Source of the DNA: a virus
IMG/VR virus record: IMGVR_UViG_3300027850_000002
Location: 64,001 to 128,000 of that record
Length of the DNA: 64,000 nt
Direction: 5' to 3' (one strand)
Of the stretch, positions 53,644 through 62,409 are shown piece by piece; the first letter of the stretch is position 1, and each line of letters starts with the position of its first letter. A program made the translations under genes and the position numbers. The notes under the pieces were generated by a model, which was given only the letters and a program-made list of their open reading frames with translations, was not told the DNA's origin and did not search any database.

Positions 53644-54414
53644 ATGGCGCTCGGTGTAGTCAAAGGTTTCGATACCTGGTCCTTCCAGGAAAGCTACGTC
53701 GAGCGCGTGATGGACAACGCTGCGTACACCGCAGCGCATCCTGACGACACGCTCGTTCTCGCAGGGCCTGCGCGAAAGCAGAACCTGTCGCAGGGTTTTG
53801 CCAACCTCCTCGCAATCGGCATGCTGCAGGCGGTCAACTTCACCCAGACCAAGCCGACACAGCCGATGATGGCGATCGGTTCAGGCCGCTCGTTCTACGT
53901 CAGCGGTAAGGCGCAGACACAGTGGACGATGGGTCGCCTGTTCGTGAACGGACGCAACCTACTTCGCGTGCTCTCGCACAACGCGGTCGCCAGCGGCATC
54001 GACGTGTCACAGTTTGACGACATTGCGGCCGAGTCAGATCCGCAGAGCAAGAAGTACTTCATCAACCTCGACTCCGAGCTGTTCCTCATTCCGTTCGGGA
54101 TGGGAGCGGTGTTCCGGGACAAGACGCACGGCTTCTGCGGCGGGTTCTACGCTGAGCTGTCGATGATCACGTCGTACGCGATCGGCTGGAACGCGGGTCA
54201 GAACCTGGTGCTCGAGAACGTCTCGGGTATGTCGGATCGGTTGCTTCCGTTCGGACACAACGCGACGCCGCCGGGTCTTCGACCGCACGCACAGGGCGGT
54301 ATCGGTGTTCGTGCATCCAGCATCGATGCGGTGCTTGGATTCATTGATGACAACAACACCGGTGACAATCAGTCGAATGCGCCAGGGGACACGATCCCCA
54401 ACGAAAACGTCTAA
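53644..54414 (+). CDS. Tail tube protein
   Basis: TAAGGAG SD; IGMLQAVNFTQ..PMMAIGSGR..TMGRL tube-like beta pattern; near sheath. Confidence 0.7.
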   Translation: MALGVVKGFDTWSFQESYVERVMDNAAYTAAHPDDTLVLAGPARKQNLSQGFANLLAIGMLQAVNFTQTKPTQPMMAIGSGRSFYVSGKAQTQWTMGRLFVNGRNLLRVLSHNAVASGIDVSQFDDIAAESDPQSKKYFINLDSELFLIPFGMGAVFRDKTHGFCGGFYAELSMITSYAIGWNAGQNLVLENVSGMSDRLLPFGHNATPPGLRPHAQGGIGVRASSIDAVLGFIDDNNTGDNQSNAPGDTIPNENV

Positions 54415-54680
54415 TGCGCTACTCCCGTGAATGGTTTTTCCTCGTCATCGCTGTGCTCTGTATGGGTGCGGACAGTGCGAGCACAAACACGGACATCGCG
54501 GGGTTGCTCAGGGAGTTCGGATTTCCAATCTTCGTTAGCCTCTGGTTCATGTGGCGTGTCGAGAAACGTATGGACCGTTTCACCGATACGATCCAAAACC
54601 TGCTCACGGCAGTCACCGTCATGGCGAAAACCATTGACGGCCTGCCGCCCCGAGCATCAACACACCAGCCGCATCCGTAA
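54414..54680 (+). CDS. Small membrane protein, YvrJ/BhlA holin-like
   Basis: FGFPIFVSLWFMWRVEKRMDRFTDTIQNL. Confidence 0.55.
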   Translation: MRYSREWFFLVIAVLCMGADSASTNTDIAGLLREFGFPIFVSLWFMWRVEKRMDRFTDTIQNLLTAVTVMAKTIDGLPPRASTHQPHP

Positions 54681-54689
54681 GGGAACTCC

Positions 54690-54923
54690 ATGTCTTGGAT
54701 CATGACAGGCGTTCTGGCGTTCGTGGTGGGGGTGATTGTGTGGGCGGAGATTCGTTGCGGTCGTCGCAACAAGATCTTCCAAGCAATGATCGACCCCGAG
54801 ATCGACACGCTCAAGACCAACGCCATTTCCAAGTATCGTGAACGGTTTGGCAAGGACCCCACGGGCCCGTACCTGATCGTCAGCGAACCTCGCGCACGCG
54901 ACGGGCTCGAAAAACGGTCATGA
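54690..54923 (+). CDS. Small single-TM membrane protein
   Basis: N-terminal hydrophobic helix followed by a basic patch. Confidence 0.6.
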   Translation: MSWIMTGVLAFVVGVIVWAEIRCGRRNKIFQAMIDPEIDTLKTNAISKYRERFGKDPTGPYLIVSEPRARDGLEKRS

Positions 54924-55270
54924 CCATCGCGCTCGTCGTCGCTTCAATCGTGCTCGCGATTGCGTGGCTCCCGCTCGCCGTTCGCTTCCTGCGCGGTTGG
55001 CGAAACCGTAAGAACCCCGTCAGCCTCGCCATCTGCGCAGCGCTCTGTTTGTTCGCGTACTCGAACATCATGTTCGCGCTTGTGCTCATCGACGGTGCGT
55101 CACTGCGATTTCTCGCTGTTGCGACCCACACGTTTGAACTCGTCGTCTTGGCCAACTTCTACGTCGCGTTCAAATGGTCTGCGAAAAAGTTTCCAGACGC
55201 GCGCACTAGCAAGCCGCCCGAGTACACCGTGCCGCCAATGAACACGTCGAACACCTCGCGCGAGGCGTGA
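54920..55270 (+). CDS. Multi-TM membrane protein
   Basis: Three hydrophobic helices. Confidence 0.6.
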   Translation: MTIALVVASIVLAIAWLPLAVRFLRGWRNRKNPVSLAICAALCLFAYSNIMFALVLIDGASLRFLAVATHTFELVVLANFYVAFKWSAKKFPDARTSKPPEYTVPPMNTSNTSREA

Positions 55271-55282
55271 TACGGTCGGGTC

Positions 55283-56689
55283 GTGAAGGACCCTCTAAGC
55301 GCACAACGTGGCGCCGCCAACCGCGGCGCTGCAGGTCTAGGACGTGTCGGTAAGGGGAACTGGGAGTTGGGGGTAGTTGTCGCCTACAACTCAGCGACTC
55401 ATACGTCCATCGTGCGTACGCACAGTGGACGCCCTCTCCATGACGTGCCGCAGATCAAAGCGAGCGCGAGTGGCTTCGACCACATTCCCACAGGAACAAC
55501 CGTTGTGATCTCGTGGGACCTCGGCATTCCAGCAATCGTTGGATGTATGGACATGCCGCGCTCTCCCCAGCCGGCGACGCAATCTCCCACGCTCACGGGC
55601 GTCGAGGGAGTTGGAAACGCAGACCCAACCCAGCTGACGCAGGGTTCGAACAACTACAAACCGACGAACGCACCCACCGACATGGGACAGGGTGACTGGG
55701 CCCAAGTAGGCACGATGGGCAACCACGTTGCCGTGCTCGAGGGCGGCGTCTCGCTCTTGGGCAGCCCCTCCGCACACCTGCAGTCGCTGGGGACGTCTGG
55801 AACGATGCGAACCATCGCGCGACGCATCCAACAGTTCTCGGACTTCGGTCAAATGCGAATCGAGAACGACCAAGGCAAGACGTCGTTCATCCTTCGCGCG
55901 GGGTCCAACCAGACAACACAAACGGGGCAAGACGAACAGCACTGGACCATTCGATTGGACCTAGGCGCCACCGGCGACATGTTCGACTTCCGAATCCTTG
56001 AGCCCGAAGGTGCTGTGCTGTTCCGCCTCCACGCGGGCGCGGATGGACGTGTTCAGATCTTCGGCGAAGGCGGTGTCGATCTATCGTCGGGAGCGAGTGG
56101 GACCGGTCAAATGCGTCACGACATCGCAGGAGCCCGCGCGACTACCGTAGCCGGCGATGACACCCACGTCGTGGATGGGGCTTCTGACACCGTCGTTGCT
56201 GCGTCCGCAACCTACGCCATCGGACGGGACATAACACGTTCGGTAGGACGCAACGCAACGGAGTTCATCGGAGGGGGCCGAGATGTTGGCGTGAGCGGCG
56301 ATGAAACGCTCGCAACCGCCGGTGATCGATCTACCAAAGTAGGTGGTAACGATAAGACCGATGTCACAGGAAACTCGACCATCAAGGCGATACGGGTAAA
56401 CACGATCGACGGTGTTCAGGTCAAGCTCGGTTCGAACGCGGTGCAACCCGTCACCCGGAGCCTGGATTTTGGATCGAAGGTGCTAGCGCCTATCAGCGCA
56501 GCAGCGACCACGCTACTCGCGGGGGCAGCCGCCGCCACGGTCATCGGTTCGGCGCTCCCCGGCCCGCCCGTGACCACTCCGTTGGCGCTCGCCGCACTGA
56601 ATGCAGCAGTATCGAGCTTTGCATCCGCGGTGATCTCAGCCATCGCTGCATTCCCAGGAACCCTCTCCACGAAAGTGAAGACGGAGTAA
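55283..56689 (+). CDS. Baseplate central spike (gp5/gpV/VgrG-like)
   Basis: N-terminal OB-fold-like GVVVAYN...PTGTTVVI; 8-residue VxGxxxxx beta-helix repeats; C-terminal LSTKVKTE. Confidence 0.7.
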   Translation: MKDPLSAQRGAANRGAAGLGRVGKGNWELGVVVAYNSATHTSIVRTHSGRPLHDVPQIKASASGFDHIPTGTTVVISWDLGIPAIVGCMDMPRSPQPATQSPTLTGVEGVGNADPTQLTQGSNNYKPTNAPTDMGQGDWAQVGTMGNHVAVLEGGVSLLGSPSAHLQSLGTSGTMRTIARRIQQFSDFGQMRIENDQGKTSFILRAGSNQTTQTGQDEQHWTIRLDLGATGDMFDFRILEPEGAVLFRLHAGADGRVQIFGEGGVDLSSGASGTGQMRHDIAGARATTVAGDDTHVVDGASDTVVAASATYAIGRDITRSVGRNATEFIGGGRDVGVSGDETLATAGDRSTKVGGNDKTDVTGNSTIKAIRVNTIDGVQVKLGSNAVQPVTRSLDFGSKVLAPISAAATTLLAGAAAATVIGSALPGPPVTTPLALAALNAAVSSFASAVISAIAAFPGTLSTKVKTE

Positions 56690-56691
56690 GC

Positions 56692-56850
56692 ATGGCTGAA
56701 GACCCCAAATGGGACGGTACACCTGCGTTAGGCGTCATCCTTGCGCGGATGGCTGAACTCTACGCACGCGTGGTTCAAGTAGAACTCGCGCAGCAAAAAA
56801 AGAACGCGGACCGCGTCGCTGCAATGTTCACAGAGAGCCCGTCCAAATGA
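56692..56850 (+). CDS. 52-aa hypothetical protein (not in ORF track)
   Basis: MAEDPKWDGTPALGVIL...; GGAG SD; ATGA overlap with the next gene. Confidence 0.55.
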   Translation: MAEDPKWDGTPALGVILARMAELYARVVQVELAQQKKNADRVAAMFTESPSK

Positions 56851-58592
56851 GTACGTGGAACTCCATCAACCCGAATCAGTTGATCCCCAGTAGTGTCGTT
56901 GCAGCCGTAACCGCGATAGGCGACACCCTCACAAGTGCAATCAGTGCAGCGTCAAATCCGCTCAGTAAATTTCCTTCCTTATCGGCACCGAACGTTCCCG
57001 ACCCCATCACAGCAGTCGTTAATGCGATTTTGGATACATTGTCAGGTCTCCTCAAGGCCGGTCGTATTCACACACTTGCCGTACCCATTGTAAAAACGGT
57101 TCCTAACAAACCGTCGCCTCGGTTGCCGTCCACTCTAAACGACCTACAAGCCATGCTTGCAGTGCGATTAGGTCCCGCGTCTACCGCGGAACATGACGCA
57201 TATACGAACATGGTCATGCGTACAGGTGGTAATGCGGGCTTCTACCAAACATTCGCCGCGTCGATCATGGATCCGCAAGACTCCAACAGACCGAAATATG
57301 ACAACGGTAAAGATGCCGTTGCGATGACGGTCTTAATGATCGGTGCGCCAAGGTTCTCAAGCATCGCATCAGCAGCATCGACGCTAGACCTTCTAACGCG
57401 TCCGACGAGTGACAACAGCTTCGTCTCTCGCATCATCCCTGTCCCACAAAATCTAGGTACGAAAGTTGTAGGGTCTACGAAACCTCCGGGAATTGGTGTA
57501 CGTCTCGATTGGGATCCTCCAAAACCAGAGAACACACGTCAATTCTTCCCAGGTCTATCTGTCGAAGTAAAACGTTATGCCGTCATTCGAACAACGGACC
57601 CACGCGGAGCACGTGCACGCATGGTCATGGACTTGTTCAAGACGCAAAAGCTGACTGAAGGTCTAACAACAGGAAAGGCCAAGGTCGTCAAAATCGGGTC
57701 GGGCAGAAATACAGCGTATCTAGATACCGACGCGAGCCTCAAGCCCGCGACCCCCGTCTACTACTTCATCGCGTGGGAATGCACCGTGAAAGAGAACGGG
57801 GAGACTGTCACACTACCGTTCGATAAACTTTCGAACGTGTCCAAGGTTGCGGTAACGAGTCCTGCTGCACCGCAAACGGGAAGCGCACCCAACTGGGTTG
57901 CTACGGACTCGGCGATCTCTGCATTTCCAAGTCTCGATAACGCGGCCCGTCGCCTCATCGCAGAGACCCAAGTTCTGCTCAAGCCTTCCGCGAGTCCGCT
58001 GTCGCGCATTGATGCGGCGCTCAAAATATCTAAGGATGCAACTGCACGCTTGTCTGCGCGTTCAACGGAATTGATTGACGACGTCAAGCGGTTGACTGCA
58101 GCGCTGTCGGCGCCCATTCCCGCGGTCTACGTCACCCAGATGTCGAGCGCTACAGGCGGAACAGCGTTTCTTCTAGCTGAGCTAGCTAAACGTCTCGGCG
58201 ATACAAGTGACCCTTCACGCCCCCCGTTTGATAACGGTGAGTATGTGATTGGTGTTTGCTTTGTTGCAGGTGCGCCCCGTCTCGCGGACCTAGCGAAGGT
58301 CATCGCATTCTTCAAGGCGCTATTCGGTCCTGCCAACGCTGCGAATCCGCTACTCGGTCTTCTTGCTTCAATCGACACATTGGTGGCTCAAGCAGAAACG
58401 GTAGTTTTCCAGCCAGACATGACGCCGTTCCCTCCAGGAACGGACCTGACGGCCATCGACCCCGCGACGGGACGGCCTCCAACACTTGGTACGGCGGTGA
58501 TCGCTGCAGATGGAACGCCTGTCGCAGCTGACAGCCCGGACAATCCGAACGCAGGTAACACGAACGTCCCGCCGTCTGCCGAGCGCTGCTAG
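56847..58592 (+). CDS. Probable baseplate-associated structural protein with FN3/Ig-like domain
   Basis: VRLDWDPP...YAVIR...YLDTD...VYYFI; follows spike. Confidence 0.5.
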   Translation: MSTWNSINPNQLIPSSVVAAVTAIGDTLTSAISAASNPLSKFPSLSAPNVPDPITAVVNAILDTLSGLLKAGRIHTLAVPIVKTVPNKPSPRLPSTLNDLQAMLAVRLGPASTAEHDAYTNMVMRTGGNAGFYQTFAASIMDPQDSNRPKYDNGKDAVAMTVLMIGAPRFSSIASAASTLDLLTRPTSDNSFVSRIIPVPQNLGTKVVGSTKPPGIGVRLDWDPPKPENTRQFFPGLSVEVKRYAVIRTTDPRGARARMVMDLFKTQKLTEGLTTGKAKVVKIGSGRNTAYLDTDASLKPATPVYYFIAWECTVKENGETVTLPFDKLSNVSKVAVTSPAAPQTGSAPNWVATDSAISAFPSLDNAARRLIAETQVLLKPSASPLSRIDAALKISKDATARLSARSTELIDDVKRLTAALSAPIPAVYVTQMSSATGGTAFLLAELAKRLGDTSDPSRPPFDNGEYVIGVCFVAGAPRLADLAKVIAFFKALFGPANAANPLLGLLASIDTLVAQAETVVFQPDMTPFPPGTDLTAIDPATGRPPTLGTAVIAADGTPVAADSPDNPNAGNTNVPPSAERC

Positions 58593-58601
58593 CTGCCTGA
58601 T

Positions 58602-58630
58602 TTGTTTATTAGGTAAGCGGCGCCTATCAT
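58602..58630 (+). promoter_or_regulatory. Promoter TTGTTT-N17-TATCAT, leaderless configuration, ahead of the lysis cassette
   Basis: CCTATCAT 5 nt before GTG 58636. Confidence 0.65.
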
Positions 58631-58635
58631 TCCGC

Positions 58636-58899
58636 GTGCCCAAGATTCGTGAATACACGTGCGATTGTGGTGCCCGTTTCGAACACATGCACATGACCGA
58701 AGATGAGGTCGCGCTGTGTCCGACGTGCGCGCAATCAGTCGGTCCAAAGGACGAAATGTTGGGCGGGCATTCGTGTACAACAATCGTTCCGATGTCCCGG
58801 ACCTCGTTGAAAAACAAGGCGGGCTACGTCCACTCGCACGGCGACAAGCCGGCTGAAAAGGGCTCGGTTAGCGTGCCGAGCAACAAGGGGAGCTTCTGA
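58636..58899 (+). CDS. FmdB-like zinc-ribbon protein
   Basis: MPKIREYTCDCGARFE...CPTC. Confidence 0.7.
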   Translation: MPKIREYTCDCGARFEHMHMTEDEVALCPTCAQSVGPKDEMLGGHSCTTIVPMSRTSLKNKAGYVHSHGDKPAEKGSVSVPSNKGSF

Positions 58900-59405
58900 T
58901 GCAGGACCAGATCGAAACCGTCAGCATGTTGATCGTCAAGGGTGTTGTACTGCCGCTCGTAGGACTCTTTGTCGCGTGGGCATCCATGATGCTGCCGGCG
59001 TGGATCAAGGCAAAGGTGAAGAACGAGAGTGTCGCGGGCGTCCTCGAGCGCCTCTCGACGCTTGCGTTCTCCGTCGTAACGGAGATCCAGCAGACGATCG
59101 TCTCAGGTCTCGGCGACCAAGCGACCACAGAAGAGCTGCAAAAGGCGCGCGACCAAGCGATCGCAACCCTAAAATCACACCTCGGTGCGAAGGGTATGAA
59201 GGAACTGATGACAGTGTTGGGTCTTGCGGACGCCGCCGTCAACAAGCTGCTCGTCACATTCATCGAATCGGCGGTGCACAACCTTCCAAAGACGTTGATG
59301 GCAGGAACGTTGATCGAGACAAAGTCGACCACGACACCAGAAACGGCGAGCGAACCAGCTACCACCACTGTCACTACCACCGCAGCAACTTCGACCCCGA
59401 CCTGA
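58899..59405 (+). CDS. Holin-like membrane protein
   Basis: One N-terminal TM then SVVTEIQQT...IESAVH helical domain (LL-H-holin-like); upstream of endolysin. Confidence 0.6.
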   Translation: MQDQIETVSMLIVKGVVLPLVGLFVAWASMMLPAWIKAKVKNESVAGVLERLSTLAFSVVTEIQQTIVSGLGDQATTEELQKARDQAIATLKSHLGAKGMKELMTVLGLADAAVNKLLVTFIESAVHNLPKTLMAGTLIETKSTTTPETASEPATTTVTTTAATSTPT

Positions 59406-59416
59406 AAGGCCTTCCT

Positions 59417-59824
59417 ATGCGCTTCATTCTCGTCCTCGTTCTCGTCATCGGTCTGGCCAGCACGACCGCGTGTCCTCCAGGTCCAGGTCCTGTCGGTCCG
59501 GTGATCAACGCCGTTGTCGATTGTCTCGGTGCGAACCGCCCGCAAATCGACACCCTTATCAACGAGTTCAAGGGACCGATTCTCGGTGGTGGTTCGGTCT
59601 CGTGGCCGGACGTCAAGCTTCGGGCAACACAGGCCGGCAAGGACATCGGCGGCTGTTTCATCATGGAACTGACGCAGTGGTTCCTCAGTGGAACGCGCGC
59701 AGCGCCGGATGCAAAGGCGGCGCACGACGCTGCAGAGGAATTCCGTAGGACCGTCGGAGGAAACGCGACGTACTCCACGATCTGCGTGCGGGAAGACGGT
59801 ACCAAGTCGGCGTGTAAGCTGTGA
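59417..59824 (+). CDS. Lipoprotein (spanin-like candidate)
   Basis: MRFILVLVLVIGLASTTA/C lipobox-like signal; within the lysis cassette. Confidence 0.55.
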   Translation: MRFILVLVLVIGLASTTACPPGPGPVGPVINAVVDCLGANRPQIDTLINEFKGPILGGGSVSWPDVKLRATQAGKDIGGCFIMELTQWFLSGTRAAPDAKAAHDAAEEFRRTVGGNATYSTICVREDGTKSACKL

Positions 59825-60567
59825 CGCTGAAGATCGGCAAAACGGGCGCAGTACCGTCGCGACATGATCCAAAGACGGTCACGTACAAGGCGATCCACAA
59901 AGCGCTCGCAATTGCCGATCCGAGACGTACACCGCCATTTCACGTCGACACTCGGCCACGCAACGCACGCTGGGACATCAACGGCAACGACCGCTACGGC
60001 TGCTGCACGTTCGCTGGCATCGTCCGTATCATGCAGAACAACGCGGCCCGCAAGGGCCGTACGCTTGACATCACGGACGAGGACGTCATCAAGGCGTACC
60101 TGGACAGCACAGGTGGCGTCGACGCAGGGCAGATGCCGATCAACGCGCTGAACTACATGCGCAGCATCGGCATCAAGGGCCACAAGGTGTTGGCGTATGC
60201 ACGGGTCGGTGACCGAGACGTGTACGAACGACAAAGCGCGCTCGCGACGTTCGGTTCGCTGTACGTCGCCGCAGGGCTGCCTGCCAAACTCAATGATGAT
60301 CGGGACCTACGGTGGGAGTTGACGCCGCGTGAGAAACGCACGGCTAGCGACGAGCCGCGCTCGATGGGCGGACACGCCTACCCGATTTTTGGTTTTCAAC
60401 GCGGTGAAGAGTTCTCCGTACCGTGGGACCAGGAGGTCATCGAAGAGGCCAACTGGACGGACTATTACCGCGAGGAGACCTGGGTGTTCGCTGACAACCA
60501 GGAAACGGACCAACTTCTGCTCGGTGTCATGTTCGCGCAACTCGCAGCGATCAAGGAGACCGCATGA
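59821..60567 (+). CDS. Papain-like cysteine peptidase
   Basis: NDRYGCCTFAG, GGHAY, downstream W. Confidence 0.65.
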   Translation: MTLKIGKTGAVPSRHDPKTVTYKAIHKALAIADPRRTPPFHVDTRPRNARWDINGNDRYGCCTFAGIVRIMQNNAARKGRTLDITDEDVIKAYLDSTGGVDAGQMPINALNYMRSIGIKGHKVLAYARVGDRDVYERQSALATFGSLYVAAGLPAKLNDDRDLRWELTPREKRTASDEPRSMGGHAYPIFGFQRGEEFSVPWDQEVIEEANWTDYYREETWVFADNQETDQLLLGVMFAQLAAIKETA

Positions 60568-61562
60568 CCCTCAAGCTAGGCAGTCAAGGACCCGAGGTCG
60601 AACAGCTGCAGCTCAAGTTGAAGGCCGCCGGGTACGACCCTGGCAACGTCGATGGAGACTACGGCAAGCGTACTGTGGACGCCGTGCTCGCGTTCCAAAC
60701 AGACCGTCCAGATCTCGACGATGACGGTGCTGCAGGTCCAATGACCCTCGGCGCTCTGGATGCTGCGATTGCAAAGACGAAGCCCGCGTCTGCAACGCCC
60801 GTGGCGCCGACATCCACCGTGCCTTGCGACGCGACAACGTGGGCCGCTTTCATGTCACTTGTCGACAAGGTCACAAAGCTTCCCGTCAAGTACGGACCTG
60901 GGCGAGGTCTTTGGTCCAAAGACAAATTCGTCATCACGTACAATCCCGGATCGCTCGTGAAAGACGTCAGGTGGACCGGCTGGCCGAACGTTCTCGGAAA
61001 GCCGTACCCAAGCTTTCACTGTACGTCGTGGTGCAACTTCTTCATGAGCTGGTTGTGTCGCCGCAACCAGGACTACACGCACGCGGGCAACATCCCCTCG
61101 CTGTTCGACCTTCTTTCGAAAGGTCCAGAGGTCCATCAGAACCCGGGCGCTGGTCCGTACCGAGGCTTTGGGGACGTGTGCTATCCGATTGTCCCCGATG
61201 GGTCAGCTGTGAAGCGCAGCGGCGTGCCCAAGGTCATGGATGTACGTGAGCTGTACGCACGTCGGGCGGACTTGCCGACCTTCGTCGTGTTCGGCCAATC
61301 GACGAAGAAAACCGGCGGCTGGAATTGGTGGCATCACACAGGGCTGTACGTCGCGCGCGACGGCAAGCTGTTCCGGATCGCCGCCGATGGCTTCAAGGGG
61401 TCGAACGGCTACTCTGCGAGCCCGATGAAGTACGTGGAAATCACGCCCCAGAACCTCAGTGCGTTCGACGGCTGTGTGTACCGCTGCTACGGCGTCCGCA
61501 CGACGGACGGTACCTACGGCGACAAGAGCAGGCCGTACGCGACCGTGGACTTCGAAGCGTAA
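60564..61562 (+). CDS. Endolysin: peptidoglycan-binding domain + Cys/His (CHAP/NlpC-like) catalytic domain
   Basis: LKLGSQGPEVEQLQ..GYDPG.VDGDYG..T..AV..FQ..DGAAGPMT; HCTSW...HHTGL. Confidence 0.75.
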   Translation: MTLKLGSQGPEVEQLQLKLKAAGYDPGNVDGDYGKRTVDAVLAFQTDRPDLDDDGAAGPMTLGALDAAIAKTKPASATPVAPTSTVPCDATTWAAFMSLVDKVTKLPVKYGPGRGLWSKDKFVITYNPGSLVKDVRWTGWPNVLGKPYPSFHCTSWCNFFMSWLCRRNQDYTHAGNIPSLFDLLSKGPEVHQNPGAGPYRGFGDVCYPIVPDGSAVKRSGVPKVMDVRELYARRADLPTFVVFGQSTKKTGGWNWWHHTGLYVARDGKLFRIAADGFKGSNGYSASPMKYVEITPQNLSAFDGCVYRCYGVRTTDGTYGDKSRPYATVDFEA

Positions 61563-61576
61563 TCCCGCGTCGGTCC

Positions 61577-61585
61577 ACTATAATT
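61577..61585 (+). promoter_or_regulatory. CTATAATT element, leaderless configuration
   Basis: TATAAT 61579-61584, 6 nt before ATG 61591. Confidence 0.6.
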
Positions 61586-61590
61586 AGGGC

Positions 61591-61956
61591 ATGGCGCAGA
61601 CCCTGACCGTCGCTGGCGCGGCCTCCTGTCCTTTCGTGGACGGTGGCGCCGTTGCTCCCATTCCCCTTGCGACTGCTCTCGGCTTCACGTCACGAGCAGA
61701 CTTCCAGCGGAGCTATCTCGGCGCCATTGTCGATGATCCTGTCAACTTCGGGACGCTCGCAGTGCCGGGTGCCAAGGGCGTCATCGTCATGTGCACGGCA
61801 GGCAGTTGCACGATCAAGTTCAACGGCGGTCTCGATGCGTGGCCCCTCTCGCCCGGCGGCTACTTCATTTGGATCAACACCGCGCAGCCATTCCCGACGT
61901 CGGCTCTGATCTCGACGACAGGTGCTGCAGGCGTGTTCTTCCTCGCGGTAGGATGA
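61591..61956 (+). CDS. Hypothetical beta-rich (virion?) protein
   Basis: 121-aa ORF after the promoter motif. Confidence 0.6.
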   Translation: MAQTLTVAGAASCPFVDGGAVAPIPLATALGFTSRADFQRSYLGAIVDDPVNFGTLAVPGAKGVIVMCTAGSCTIKFNGGLDAWPLSPGGYFIWINTAQPFPTSALISTTGAAGVFFLAVG

Positions 61957-61959
61957 CCA

Positions 61960-62409
61960 ATGCTACAAAGGGCTTTCGAACAGGGCTGTAGCAACGCGTG
62001 CGCACGCTTCGGCGTGAAGATCGCAGCTGTCCCTCTCGCGCGCCCGATACCGCGAATGACGACGCCACACGTGCCAAAGCCCGGCTTCAAGCTCACACCT
62101 CAAGAAGAAGCGCAGGCGTTACGCATGAAGAGTCAGTCGCCTGCACAACGGCAACAAGAACTCGGCTTGGACCGTGACACGCAGAACACGCAGTTCGCAC
62201 AGCGGCACGACCTGCCCTCTGCATCCCCTGTGGCGGCTGCCGGGCGGGGTGCGCGTGGTGCGGGTGGTTTCATGCGTCCCATCAAGCGGGGCCTCGGTCT
62301 CGCTGCGCTCGGGGCCGCGGGTACGGCAGCCTACGGTCTCCACAAGCAGCACCATATTGACGAAGAGAAAATTCCGCTCGTCTACGCCCCTCTGCAAGGT
62401 GGTTTCTGA
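61960..62409 (+). CDS. Protein with shared N-terminal signal motif and C-terminal hydrophobic segment
   Basis: RAFEQGCSNACARFGVKIAA; GLGLAALGAAGTAAYGL. Confidence 0.7.
   Translation: MLQRAFEQGCSNACARFGVKIAAVPLARPIPRMTTPHVPKPGFKLTPQEEAQALRMKSQSPAQRQQELGLDRDTQNTQFAQRHDLPSASPVAAAGRGARGAGGFMRPIKRGLGLAALGAAGTAAYGLHKQHHIDEEKIPLVYAPLQGGF

Noticed and set aside
50178-58592. Stand-alone contractile injection system or tailocin
   Set aside because: Capsid, portal, protease, terminase and replication genes are present, so this is a phage tail
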